Source of the DNA: an uncultured virus (IMG/VR IMGVR_UViG_3300027743_000022)
Lineage: Duplodnaviria > Heunggongvirae > Uroviricota > Caudoviricetes
Virus record (IMG/VR): IMGVR_UViG_3300027743_000022
Reading direction: 5' to 3' (one strand)
Length of the DNA: 64,000 nt
Shown: positions 41,623 through 50,255 of the stretch, piece by piece
Position numbering within the stretch: the stretch's first letter is position 1
Layout of the letters: each line of letters starts with the position of its first letter
The notes under the pieces: generated by a model
The model's input: the letters and a program-made list of their open reading frames with translations, nothing else
The model's database searches: none
What the model was told of the DNA's origin: nothing
Program-made: the position numbers and the translations under genes

Positions 41623-42348
41623 TTATTTACCATTAGGTGCATTAGGTGCCTGACCATCTAAATTATCCTGAGTCAAGTCTGTCTTAATATTAAAATATGT
41701 CTGTAGCAGTCTTTGACTAGTTAAATCCATTACCTGTTTTCTTAAATAACCAGGTAAGTCATATTCCTTGTCCAGAGGATTCATACAATAGTCTTCATTA
41801 CTCACAAACACACCACAACAGCACTCTGGATACATTAAGTCATTTGGTATATCCTCCTCAAACATAGCAACCATTCTGACTGCTTTTATATCAGGATTAG
41901 TAACATATAGATAATCATTACTTATCCAGTAATATGTCTCTTTCTTAATAACAGGAAGTTTTAGGAGATTAAGGTATCTGTTTACTGAAATCTCTTTCAG
42001 TTTAGTACCATGACCACCTAAAACATTAATTGAATATACTCCTTGTATAATATATTGATAAGATCCTTCTGTTATTTTTGGAAGTTTTAATTTAGTTCTG
42101 GCAATAGTACAATCATCTACATATCCACAACACTCACTTATTGGTACTTCTATTAGTTCCATACATGGAATTGTACTAAATATAGTATCTGTAGCCCATA
42201 ACTTTCTAAGATTTGTCTCTCTTTTAACTAAAAGAACAGTATTACTCTTTATCTCAGAAGCTATTGCACGATCTGTTATTAAGCTATCAGTACTCAATAT
42301 CTTATGAGTACTTCTAACATCACTAATTAAATTTCTTAAAGTTGCCAT
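41623..42348 (-). CDS. Tail ring protein (putative)
   Basis: 241 aa; TIPCMELIEV..C, YWISNDYLY, FEED motifs; synteny upstream of IHF. Confidence 0.6.
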   Translation of the reverse strand: MATLRNLISDVRSTHKILSTDSLITDRAIASEIKSNTVLLVKRETNLRKLWATDTIFSTIPCMELIEVPISECCGYVDDCTIARTKLKLPKITEGSYQYIIQGVYSINVLGGHGTKLKEISVNRYLNLLKLPVIKKETYYWISNDYLYVTNPDIKAVRMVAMFEEDIPNDLMYPECCCGVFVSNEDYCMNPLDKEYDLPGYLRKQVMDLTSQRLLQTYFNIKTDLTQDNLDGQAPNAPNGK

Positions 42349-42364
42349 GGAACTAAAAATATCG

Positions 42365-42372
42365 TAAAGTTA
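42365..42372 (-). promoter_or_regulatory. Near-consensus -7 element (TAACTTTA)
   Basis: One mismatch to TAnnTTTG; 16 nt upstream of ATG 42348 and just downstream of a terminator-like hairpin. Confidence 0.4.
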
Positions 42373-42391
42373 TAAAATAATTTCTTTAATT

Positions 42392-42427
42392 AAAAAATAG
42401 TACCCCCCTCTATTTTTATCTAGAGGG
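42392..42427 (-). terminator. Rho-independent terminator candidate
   Basis: CCCTCTA/TAGAGGG stem (42406-42427), followed on the minus strand by GGGTACTATTTTTT. Confidence 0.5.
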
Positions 42428-42464
42428 AAATACCTATCAGTAAGAAAACCAATAAACCTACTGA

Positions 42465-43535
42465 CTATACCGAAGGAGTTGTTGTATCCTTATTATTCAA
42501 AACTGTAACAAAAGTAGTAAGGTTATATTTTAAAGTAGCTATACGTGTTCCAGAAGTTCCATCACCAGCATGTTGTAATGTAACTTCTGTACCAACAGAA
42601 TCTATAGTTCTTGTATATAAAGGATCAGCATATGTCCAACACCAAGTATTTGTATCATCATCTAAACAACCATCATGTACAGGTCCTACTACCATAGGTG
42701 ATTTATCTTTCCATAATGTAATACCTGCATTTACAGGAACATCACTTACTTCACCTGTAGTATGCCAAAATCCTCTAATATCTACAACAATTTCAGGTGC
42801 TCCAGGGAATAATTGTTTAAACCTTTTAACATTTACTAAGACAGATTCAAACCCAGTACCCCTATTATCTCCACCAAATAATATCATATAAGTTGAAGGA
42901 TCTTCAAATTTTCCTGCTTCATAAGCAGTAATAGGAGGATTTACAGAATCAAAACCACCATAATAATAATATCCTAAATATTCAGTTTGTAGATCTTGAC
43001 CAATATTAGGAGAAACTATTCTTGTTCTTGTATCTAAATCTCTACCAGCAGTAAACTCATAAGTTATTTGAATCCAATCTGCTTCAAACAAAGTAGCAGA
43101 TTGTCCAAGAGTAACTGTAGCAGATGCTGAACAGTTATTAGCATCAACAATAGTTATTGTATAAGCTATATTAGAAGAAAGACCTGTAATAGTCAAAGGA
43201 GAAACTGCTGCTCCTCCAATTATAAAAGGATCACTACCTAGAACTGCATTAGCTATACTATAAGTAAATGGTCCATTACTACCTGTAAAAACTATAGTTA
43301 TAGTACCATCTGTACCACCTAAAGTGGTAGGATCTGTAGATGTTACATCAGAAATAGCAAGATCACAAGCAGCTGTACAAGAATTCTTTGCAGTAATAAT
43401 TCCATTAACCAGAGTATAACAATCAGTCCCATTAGAATAAAAAGAGTCTGGAACAGGAATAGTAAACTCTGGATCTGAATATAACTTACATCCTACATCT
43501 AAAGGTGTACATGCGCTGAAAAAATTTAGTATCAT
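42465..43535 (-). CDS. Virion surface/fibre protein with a SprB-like repeat
   Basis: CDLAI..TDPT..GGTDGTITI..GPFTYS..ITGLS..YTITIVDANNC resembles the SprB repeat; C-terminal GRDLDTR..GGDN..GFESV domain. Confidence 0.6.
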   Translation of the reverse strand: MILNFFSACTPLDVGCKLYSDPEFTIPVPDSFYSNGTDCYTLVNGIITAKNSCTAACDLAISDVTSTDPTTLGGTDGTITIVFTGSNGPFTYSIANAVLGSDPFIIGGAAVSPLTITGLSSNIAYTITIVDANNCSASATVTLGQSATLFEADWIQITYEFTAGRDLDTRTRIVSPNIGQDLQTEYLGYYYYGGFDSVNPPITAYEAGKFEDPSTYMILFGGDNRGTGFESVLVNVKRFKQLFPGAPEIVVDIRGFWHTTGEVSDVPVNAGITLWKDKSPMVVGPVHDGCLDDDTNTWCWTYADPLYTRTIDSVGTEVTLQHAGDGTSGTRIATLKYNLTTFVTVLNNKDTTTPSV

Positions 43536-43536
43536 G

Positions 43537-43857
43537 TTATATTAGATTAAAGAATTCTGTTCTACGTATTAAATCATAACCATCACAAGCTCCTGCACAG
43601 GAAGTATCATCAATATATAAACCATATGTATTTACAATTCTTGTAAGAGGAATATATACATTATTTGTACAAACTCCTTTAGCTTGTAATTTAACTGTTG
43701 CTGTATAATCAGGAACAACACTACTTGTATACCCAGCAACTAATGAAGCTTTAGGTATATCTGTAGCAAAAGGAGTCACATATCCATCTAAGTTTGAGTA
43801 TAAATCAAACACAGTTGCATCTGTTCCAGCTGTCGTTAATGTTATTAAAACTGTCAT
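43537..43857 (-). CDS. Small virion protein, paralogue of 43870-44394
   Basis: N-terminus MTVLITLTTAGTD..FDLYSNLDGY aligns by eye with the neighbouring ORF. Confidence 0.65.
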   Translation of the reverse strand: MTVLITLTTAGTDATVFDLYSNLDGYVTPFATDIPKASLVAGYTSSVVPDYTATVKLQAKGVCTNNVYIPLTRIVNTYGLYIDDTSCAGACDGYDLIRRTEFFNLI

Positions 43858-43869
43858 TTTATTTAATTA

Positions 43870-44394
43870 TTAAGGAGGGCAACCAATATAAATTGCAAGC
43901 CATTCAGCACAACCACTATAAATAGCTGTATCTAAACCATTTTGAAAAACATTAGCAGTACCAGCTACCATTGTTGAACTTATTAATGTATATGGTTTTC
44001 CATCTGTACCTGTGAAAGTGGCTGTAGCACCAAATCCTAAAAGAGCTGGTAAATTCACCAGTCTTTCTGTATTATCACCACAACAAGTAGCATTAACTCT
44101 TAATAGATTAGCAATAGGTGCAGCAGTGGTAGTAGTTGAAGTTGTTAATATAGTTGTTGATGTAGTTGTAGTTCCTCCAGGGACAGGGATAAGTATCTGA
44201 TTACTACATATACCAACAGATTGTACTTTAATAATATTAGTACCATTAGGAGCATTACTACTAGGAAATCCAGCTAATAAACTAGCTCTACTTATATTAA
44301 CTTCAAAAGCAGATATGTACCCATCAACATCTGAGTAGATATTAAATGGACCAGTATCTGTCCCTGCTGTTGTTAATGTTATTACTACATTCAT
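43870..44394 (-). CDS. Small virion protein with poly-Thr linker
   Basis: MNVVITLTTAGTDTGPFNIYSD...; ATGA overlap with the upstream stop at 44391-44394. Confidence 0.65.
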   Translation of the reverse strand: MNVVITLTTAGTDTGPFNIYSDVDGYISAFEVNISRASLLAGFPSSNAPNGTNIIKVQSVGICSNQILIPVPGGTTTTSTTILTTSTTTTAAPIANLLRVNATCCGDNTERLVNLPALLGFGATATFTGTDGKPYTLISSTMVAGTANVFQNGLDTAIYSGCAEWLAIYIGCPP

Positions 44395-44951
44395 GATAAT
44401 ACTAAACAATTTTTAATATAAATACTAGTGTTCTCTAATATATCATCAACAAGTTCATTACTAAGAATATCTCTTGTTTCTAAATATAAGGCAGTACCAC
44501 CAGCTCCAGCTACCTGAGCAAAGAACTTAGTATAATTGAAAGGAGGACTTCCTGTCAAAATCATTGTACTAGCTTCTATAAAATTAAATGGTAGACCACT
44601 AAAAGACAAAAAGTACTTTCCTACTCCAGCATACAAAGGAAGAACTGTATATCCAGAAGGAAAGTTAGTATCTATGACCACTATCTGTGGAGCATCAATT
44701 CCTTCTTGAATTATATTAGCCTGCCAATAATAACAATTAATAGGTGTAGCTGTAGTTATAGTACTAGTTGTGCTGGTAGTTGTTATACTTGTAATATTAC
44801 ATATAGCCTGATCAATCTTCTGTAAAGCTAAACTAAGACTATCATCTTTATTAACACCAGTACATGGAAGATTGGGACCATAATAGGTCACATTATCTGA
44901 GTTGACATTGTCACACCCACAGTCACAATCTTTTAAGTACTTCCAAGGCAT
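44391..44951 (-). CDS. Cys-rich fibre-like virion protein
   Basis: VTYYGPNLPCTGV..DSLSLALQKIDQAIC, similar to the N-terminus of 44957-46093; poly-Thr linker. Confidence 0.6.
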   Translation of the reverse strand: MPWKYLKDCDCGCDNVNSDNVTYYGPNLPCTGVNKDDSLSLALQKIDQAICNITSITTTSTTSTITTATPINCYYWQANIIQEGIDAPQIVVIDTNFPSGYTVLPLYAGVGKYFLSFSGLPFNFIEASTMILTGSPPFNYTKFFAQVAGAGGTALYLETRDILSNELVDDILENTSIYIKNCLVLS

Positions 44952-44956
44952 TTTAA

Positions 44957-46093
44957 TCAGGGTATAAACATGATGTAGTTAATACCTACACCAGGTTGGT
45001 AATTATCATGAGCTTCTCCACCACCTGCAGGAATTATAGAAATAAATACATTCTGCGGAGGATCAGTTATAATTTCACCATTACCCCCTTTTAATCCTGT
45101 TACTTGAGGAGCAACACTTTTAACTTGAGTTACACCTCTCCATGTTCTTTCTTCATTATTAGCAAAAGCTGCTTTAAATTCCCATGAATAATCATTATAA
45201 CTATGAGTGTGACCAGGATCATTAATAGTTATAGTAGATTTATGACTATGTGAAGGCATTTGTAAAGGAGTAAGAACTATTCTGTTAACACCTTGTATAG
45301 ATGCACTTCCTCCAAGTTTAAATGCATTGTAAGTAGGATTACCAGGTATATTTGGATCAACTTGATCTGCATAATCTCCTGTACCCATATTAGTAGCACC
45401 TACAAGTACTAAACCTCTTAAGTCTGGTGTACCATGATCACCATTACATAAATAAACCTTAGCCCATAGTCCTAAACCAGCTCCTGTAATATCAAAAATA
45501 CCTGTAGTATCACCAAAATAAGGATAGATTACATAAGGAATCATCTTACCACTTTGGTCAGTGGTAGCAGGAATACCTGATAAATAGGTTTGAATATAAC
45601 CATCAATCTCAGATTTAAGTACATAATTAGTACTCAAATCAAGTTTTGTAGCAGCTAAGTCATTAGCTACAATACAAAGTTTAAGTATAGAAGCTTGTAA
45701 CACATCATGAGTATCAGAAGAATCAGTTACTCCAGTGAGACAATCTACATCATAATTACCATTTAGAGTATCTAACTCATTTCTCATAAAATTAATCCTA
45801 GCCTCTATATCACATATAGCCTTTACTATAGCTGTTAATAAGACATTAAGATCTATAGGATCACAACAAGGTAAATAACTCCATATTAAATCACATATAT
45901 CAGCAGGTTCTACTCGTGGAATTATACCATTACCCTTAAACATCTCTGTAATAGCAGTTGTCATCTTGTCTAAAACAAGAGATAAAGGGTCTCCTGTAGA
46001 GATATCAAGTGCTTCAATATCTATCCCTGTATACTTAACACACTTGTCAGGTGTTGGGTCTGGGCATCCATTATAACAATTTTCGCAAGCCAT
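44957..46093 (-). CDS. Tail fibre protein with tail-collar domain
   Basis: YLCNG..TPDLRG..LVG, LT..QMPSHSH, GGGEAHDNYQP..YIM are typical collar-domain motifs; Cys-rich N-terminus. Confidence 0.75.
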   Translation of the reverse strand: MACENCYNGCPDPTPDKCVKYTGIDIEALDISTGDPLSLVLDKMTTAITEMFKGNGIIPRVEPADICDLIWSYLPCCDPIDLNVLLTAIVKAICDIEARINFMRNELDTLNGNYDVDCLTGVTDSSDTHDVLQASILKLCIVANDLAATKLDLSTNYVLKSEIDGYIQTYLSGIPATTDQSGKMIPYVIYPYFGDTTGIFDITGAGLGLWAKVYLCNGDHGTPDLRGLVLVGATNMGTGDYADQVDPNIPGNPTYNAFKLGGSASIQGVNRIVLTPLQMPSHSHKSTITINDPGHTHSYNDYSWEFKAAFANNEERTWRGVTQVKSVAPQVTGLKGGNGEIITDPPQNVFISIIPAGGGEAHDNYQPGVGINYIMFIP

Positions 46094-46105
46094 GACTTAA
46101 TATTT

Positions 46106-46444
46106 TTAAAATTGAACTGTTGTTGTTGTAGTAGTGGTATAAAATACATAAACTACTTCGTTAGTTATACAGCTAGTACAACCAGCTGTTAATAACCTTA
46201 CTCTATTAGCTATCTTATCTAGAGTAAACTGACAATCATAAATAGGATTAGAATACTTACGTATTAATATCTCTTTATAAGTAAGTAAATCCAATATAAG
46301 ATTAGTATCTATATACAAATTTAATCCATAGACAATATTATTGTAAGCTACACGACTAGCTTCGTATATCTTACAATTAATAGCATTTATAAGTGACAGA
46401 ATGTCATTACACTCTCCACCAATTATTGTTCTAGGAAGTATCAT
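46106..46444 (-). CDS. Putative tail hub protein B-like
   Basis: 112 aa, helical, DLLTYKEIL motif, C-terminal poly-Thr; synteny. Confidence 0.45.
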   Translation of the reverse strand: MILPRTIIGGECNDILSLINAINCKIYEASRVAYNNIVYGLNLYIDTNLILDLLTYKEILIRKYSNPIYDCQFTLDKIANRVRLLTAGCTSCITNEVVYVFYTTTTTTTVQF

Positions 46445-46557
46445 TTTACTACAGGTTTTTGATTAGCTACACAAGCAGGGCATAGTCCATTAGAATTTAA
46501 GTTACACCCACACCCCACATTAGCTCCACATCCTGAACATGTTGCTTTAGCTTTCAT
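46441..46557 (-). CDS. 38-aa Cys-rich mini-protein (not in the ORF track)
   Basis: Manual translation MKAKATCSGCGANVGCGCNLNSNGLCPACVANQKPVVK*; starts 1 nt after the upstream stop and overlaps the next gene by ATGA. Confidence 0.75.
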   Translation of the reverse strand: MKAKATCSGCGANVGCGCNLNSNGLCPACVANQKPVVK

Positions 46558-46558
46558 C

Positions 46559-47113
46559 TTATTTATAATTTATAATATAATTACTTCCTGTACATCCACA
46601 ATCATGTTTAGCCATACGATCTAACATTTTGTTTGCCTGTCCATACAGTTCATTAGCTGTTATAATAGCACAGTTACTGGCTGCAGCTATACTACCTTGT
46701 ATAAGTAAGTACACAGTACTTAAATCTACTTTAGCTTGAGTTTTAATAGCTTGATTACACTCCATCATATCTAAATTCATAAATACTGTATAGTACTTTT
46801 CAAGAAGCTTATCTACTCTCATATGAGATATTTTACTAGAAGCTGTTCCTTCAGAATATGTAAATGTATATACACCATCAGGTAATGCTGTTCTTATACC
46901 TGGTGCAGTTATCCCCATCATATCAGAAGTAAGTATATGAAGTCCTAATACATTAAAAGGTGTATTAACAGGATTATATCCTGGTGCCTCTATAAATAAT
47001 GTAGGACTAACTGTTATAGGAGGATTATTTGGATACGTAGAAGCATCAGCAATAACAATGGTATTGATATCATGTGAATCAAGTACTACTATTTTTAAAT
47101 TTAGAGTTGCCAT
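46559..47113 (-). CDS. Putative tail hub protein A-like
   Basis: IADASTYP, LPDGVYTFTYS, IQGSIAAASNC..ANELY..A..ML; follows the auxiliary capsid gene. Confidence 0.55.
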   Translation of the reverse strand: MATLNLKIVVLDSHDINTIVIADASTYPNNPPITVSPTLFIEAPGYNPVNTPFNVLGLHILTSDMMGITAPGIRTALPDGVYTFTYSEGTASSKISHMRVDKLLEKYYTVFMNLDMMECNQAIKTQAKVDLSTVYLLIQGSIAAASNCAIITANELYGQANKMLDRMAKHDCGCTGSNYIINYK

Positions 47114-47121
47114 TTACCTTT

Positions 47122-47167
47122 AAATAAAAATACCAGAGGATAGAGAATCCTCTCGCACCTCTGGTAT
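47122..47167 (-). terminator. Rho-independent terminator after the auxiliary capsid gene
   Basis: Perfect 10-bp stem ATACCAGAGG/CCTCTGGTAT (47130-47167), followed by TTTTATTT on the minus strand. Confidence 0.7.
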
Positions 47168-47189
47168 GGTTAGACATTAACTACTTTGA

Positions 47190-48356
47190 TTATGGGAATA
47201 ATGTACTAGTAGTTGAAGTTGTTGATGGTGCTACTACAGTAGTAGTAGAACTTGTGGTTAAACAAGTATTCAACTGAGTTACTGCAACACCTCCATTAAG
47301 AGCTGTAAACAAAGCATCCATGATTCCAATAGCAGCTGCATCAGCATTAGATATTGCTACAATAACCATCTCATCAATTGGAATAAAGTCACCCCAATTG
47401 TAAGCAGTCCTATCCAAATCATTAAATTTCAAATAATAAGTGGTATAAACTTCACCAGCAGTCACATAAGACTCGTAGTTTTGGTTATACCCCATCATTC
47501 TATATAAATGTTTCATATAGCCTGCTTGGTAGCTGTAGTAGTTTTTCTCTAATTGTGCTATTTCTTCAGCAGTACCTGTTGCATAAGATGATCTTTGTAT
47601 AACAGCAGCAGTAGCTACAATATTACAAGCATCTGAAACAATAAAGTCTACTGTAGTAGCTGGTCCTTCAGTAACGAAAACTCTGAACCACATTCTGTCG
47701 TATTCATGAGGAAAAGCAGCAATATCACATGGTACACCATATTTTGTCAAAGCTTTACCACTAATACGAAGAACGCTTCCAACTCTTTCAAAAGTGTAGA
47801 AGTTATTCAATGAGAGGTTGTCTGGGTTATTACCAGGAGCTTGTTGTTGCAACTTTGCAATCAATTTATCAATCAATGCAGGGATATCCACATTAACACA
47901 AGGATCAGCTCCACAATCACAACAAGGTGCTTGTACAGATACTGAACGTGTAAATCCATTGAAAGCAATAGTATCAAGATAGCTTGAGTGAGCACGTAAA
48001 GTTAAAGTCACTATGTCACCGCACTGAACAGCCCAATTAGAAACATCAGTAATTTGAACTGCTGGAGTAGCACATCCAATTACTTTATACATTTCTGTAA
48101 TATTAGTACCAATACATGCACCTGCAACACACCCTTTAATTTTATCAGAGCGTTTACTACCTTGTAAATAAGTATTTGCTCGACCTTGAGCAAAGTAAAA
48201 GTAAGGAGCTGCTGCAGCTGTTGCTGCTGTAGCTACTGTGTAGTCATTCTTAAAAAGCCCAAAGACTCCTGCACCTAAATCCTGTGTGCTTCCTGCAGCA
48301 GCAAGCGCAACTCCTTTAGGGACTACGAAGAGCGTGGTTAATGAGAAATCAGCCAT
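47190..48356 (-). CDS. Conserved crAss structural protein (gene 73-like, auxiliary capsid protein)
   Basis: Third conserved gene after the MCP; Ala/Thr-rich; GT..EIAQLEK..Y and YTTYYLKF motifs; followed by a terminator. Confidence 0.65.
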   Translation of the reverse strand: MADFSLTTLFVVPKGVALAAAGSTQDLGAGVFGLFKNDYTVATAATAAAAPYFYFAQGRANTYLQGSKRSDKIKGCVAGACIGTNITEMYKVIGCATPAVQITDVSNWAVQCGDIVTLTLRAHSSYLDTIAFNGFTRSVSVQAPCCDCGADPCVNVDIPALIDKLIAKLQQQAPGNNPDNLSLNNFYTFERVGSVLRISGKALTKYGVPCDIAAFPHEYDRMWFRVFVTEGPATTVDFIVSDACNIVATAAVIQRSSYATGTAEEIAQLEKNYYSYQAGYMKHLYRMMGYNQNYESYVTAGEVYTTYYLKFNDLDRTAYNWGDFIPIDEMVIVAISNADAAAIGIMDALFTALNGGVAVTQLNTCLTTSSTTTVVAPSTTSTTSTLFP

Positions 48357-48382
48357 TTTTTCTAAGTATTAAAAATTAATTA

Positions 48383-49114
48383 TTATTCATTTGTTTGTAT
48401 TCTAATTTGAGAAGTTTGAATTGCAGATTGGTTCTCTATGTACATTGCTAAATTCTGTACAGCCAAGTCTAATAGTTCATCTTCTAAATATACTTCTAAT
48501 TCACAATCCTGAGACAAGGAATTCTTTCCATCGAATTTCACATAACCTTCTTTGTCTATATATACAGGATATCTCATATATGAAACATAAATACTTTTAG
48601 GTGTAAAAGTACCATCTGTAAAGATACTAATTTCATCTGATGATAAAACGTTAAAAGTCTCCTGATACTCAAATGATGGTTTATAGTGATCATTGTTCAA
48701 AATAAATTGTAAATCACCATGCTTAGCTAAATCTCTATTAATCCAAATGATTCTATCTTTACATCTACCCTTGTCAGCTAATAAATAACTATCAATATAG
48801 AACATGTATTGTGGTAGTAGTTTACCTAAGTTAGCAGAGTATTGATTTAGAACTTTGTTTGTTTTCTTAAGAGGAAGTTTACCTTCATCATAATCTACAA
48901 CTAGAGATTGTAAATCTTCATATCTTTTTTTAAATGCATCCAAACCAAGTCCACTTACAATACTAAAACCATCAGTTTTCTGTTTAATTAACTTAATCTG
49001 TGCTTCATTCAAAGCTAAGATTTTGTCTTCTAAAAAGATTTGCTGATGAGAATTAGTTGAAAGCTTATTAAGTCTCTGATCTATCTTATACAATAAACTA
49101 TCTACTGGTATCAT
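48383..49114 (-). CDS. Conserved crAss structural protein (gene 74-like ring protein)
   Basis: LNEAQIKLIK, KRYEDLQSLV, YMRYP, CEL..YL.DELLDLAV; synteny. Confidence 0.7.
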   Translation of the reverse strand: MIPVDSLLYKIDQRLNKLSTNSHQQIFLEDKILALNEAQIKLIKQKTDGFSIVSGLGLDAFKKRYEDLQSLVVDYDEGKLPLKKTNKVLNQYSANLGKLLPQYMFYIDSYLLADKGRCKDRIIWINRDLAKHGDLQFILNNDHYKPSFEYQETFNVLSSDEISIFTDGTFTPKSIYVSYMRYPVYIDKEGYVKFDGKNSLSQDCELEVYLEDELLDLAVQNLAMYIENQSAIQTSQIRIQTNE

Positions 49115-50082
49115 ACTGATGCTATTTTTTTAGCTTTTAATTTTCCTTCTAGGGTTAGTAAGTCATCTTGATGCTCATCATCAGCCAGATATTTCACTAA
49201 TTCATCTTCATCTTTAGCTACTTCAAACTCTCCTTCATAAATTCTACCACTATTTCTAGTACGATAGATAGAATGAGCTAAAGCTTGTTTTACCAAATCT
49301 TTAATATGGAGCAAGTTTTCTTTCATGTCAGCAAATGAATTAAACACTGTCACAGGATCTAAACCAGAATATCTACCTTTTTTATCCATCTCTGTCTTTT
49401 TAAGTAAATTATCAATCTGATTATATACTACTTCCTCTTTAGTATCTTCAGTTACTGGAAGTCCTAGCAATCTTGCTACTTTACGTTTCTTATCAATTGT
49501 CATACTATCAAACTTAATAATAGCTTTATTGATAAGTTGTTTTTTCTTGTAAAGAACAGCATTCTCAATTTCATCATCTGCTATATAAAATTGTGTATCT
49601 GCTGGATATTCTCCTCTTTCCCATGCCTGATATGAACTGGCAATGGTAGGATGTACTCTTAGCCATGCAAATGCTATAGCCATGAAAGGATTACTCTGAT
49701 CAAACAAATTATCACCATCTAATAGTTTAACAGGTTGAACATGTTCATTATCATTTGATGATGATGATAAACCATAGTTCCAAAACTTAGAACGAGGACC
49801 TAAATCAATATCTCCTAGTTCACTTTGTAGTCTGTCTCGCAACTTGGTAACTCTTTCAACTTCAAGTTCTCTTTCAACTGTATCTTGAATTCTTTTTATA
49901 TAAGCTGCATCAGGATCTAATCCAGTACGGTATTTACCATCCATTTCCTTGTAGGGAAACTTAAATACTCCTGTCCCTGGAACTCTGGTTAAGCCTTTTT
50001 GACTTAAACCACCATCCATCGTTTGCTGGTCTGAGCTGCTACGTTCTACCTTAATAACAGCAATTTTGCCTACTCTTTCCAT
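49111..50082 (-). CDS. Conserved crAss protein downstream of the MCP (gene 75-like)
   Basis: KYRTGLD, HPTIASS, QFYI motifs; synteny; start moved to MERVGK (50082), preceded by AACCAAATAACTAAATAT. Confidence 0.7.
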   Translation of the reverse strand: MERVGKIAVIKVERSSSDQQTMDGGLSQKGLTRVPGTGVFKFPYKEMDGKYRTGLDPDAAYIKRIQDTVERELEVERVTKLRDRLQSELGDIDLGPRSKFWNYGLSSSSNDNEHVQPVKLLDGDNLFDQSNPFMAIAFAWLRVHPTIASSYQAWERGEYPADTQFYIADDEIENAVLYKKKQLINKAIIKFDSMTIDKKRKVARLLGLPVTEDTKEEVVYNQIDNLLKKTEMDKKGRYSGLDPVTVFNSFADMKENLLHIKDLVKQALAHSIYRTRNSGRIYEGEFEVAKDEDELVKYLADDEHQDDLLTLEGKLKAKKIASV

Positions 50083-50103
50083 ATATTTAGTTATTTGGTT
50101 TTG

Positions 50104-50154
50104 TGGATAGTAGTGGAGTCGAACCACCTTTAGCTTGTAAGCCCCATGCTACCC
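50104..50154 (-). ncRNA. tRNA-like mini-element (acceptor stem plus T-arm, one short internal hairpin)
   Basis: Minus strand GGGTAGC-ATGG-GGCT TACA AGCT-AAA-GGTGG TTCGACT CCACT-ACTATCC-A. Confidence 0.55.
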
Positions 50155-50157
50155 ATG

Positions 50158-50250
50158 TTCTTTGTTAACGCACAAAGAATAAAGCGTTTATTTGAGAGCA
50201 AATTCCCTCCTGTGGGAGAGAAGGGGTTAGAGGGGATTCACTCTCTCTCA
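50158..50250 (-). terminator. Two hairpins after the MCP/HNH genes (attenuator or mRNA stabiliser)
   Basis: TTCTTTGT/ACAAAGAA 8-bp stem at 50158-50179; GC-rich imperfect stem TGAGAG..TTCCCTC / GAGGGGA..CTCTCA at ~50193-50250. Confidence 0.45.
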
Positions 50251-50255
50251 GTTCC

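Noticed and set aside
11377..50127. Longest-ORF starts at 11409, 34706, 41657, 44409 and 50127
   Set aside because: They overlap upstream genes or structured RNA; downstream ATGs (11376, 34661, 41621, 44394, 50082) have better spacing and leaders
50104..50154. Canonical tRNA gene
   Set aside because: Only 51 nt, with no D-arm and no 7-nt anticodon loop; reported as a tRNA-like element instead
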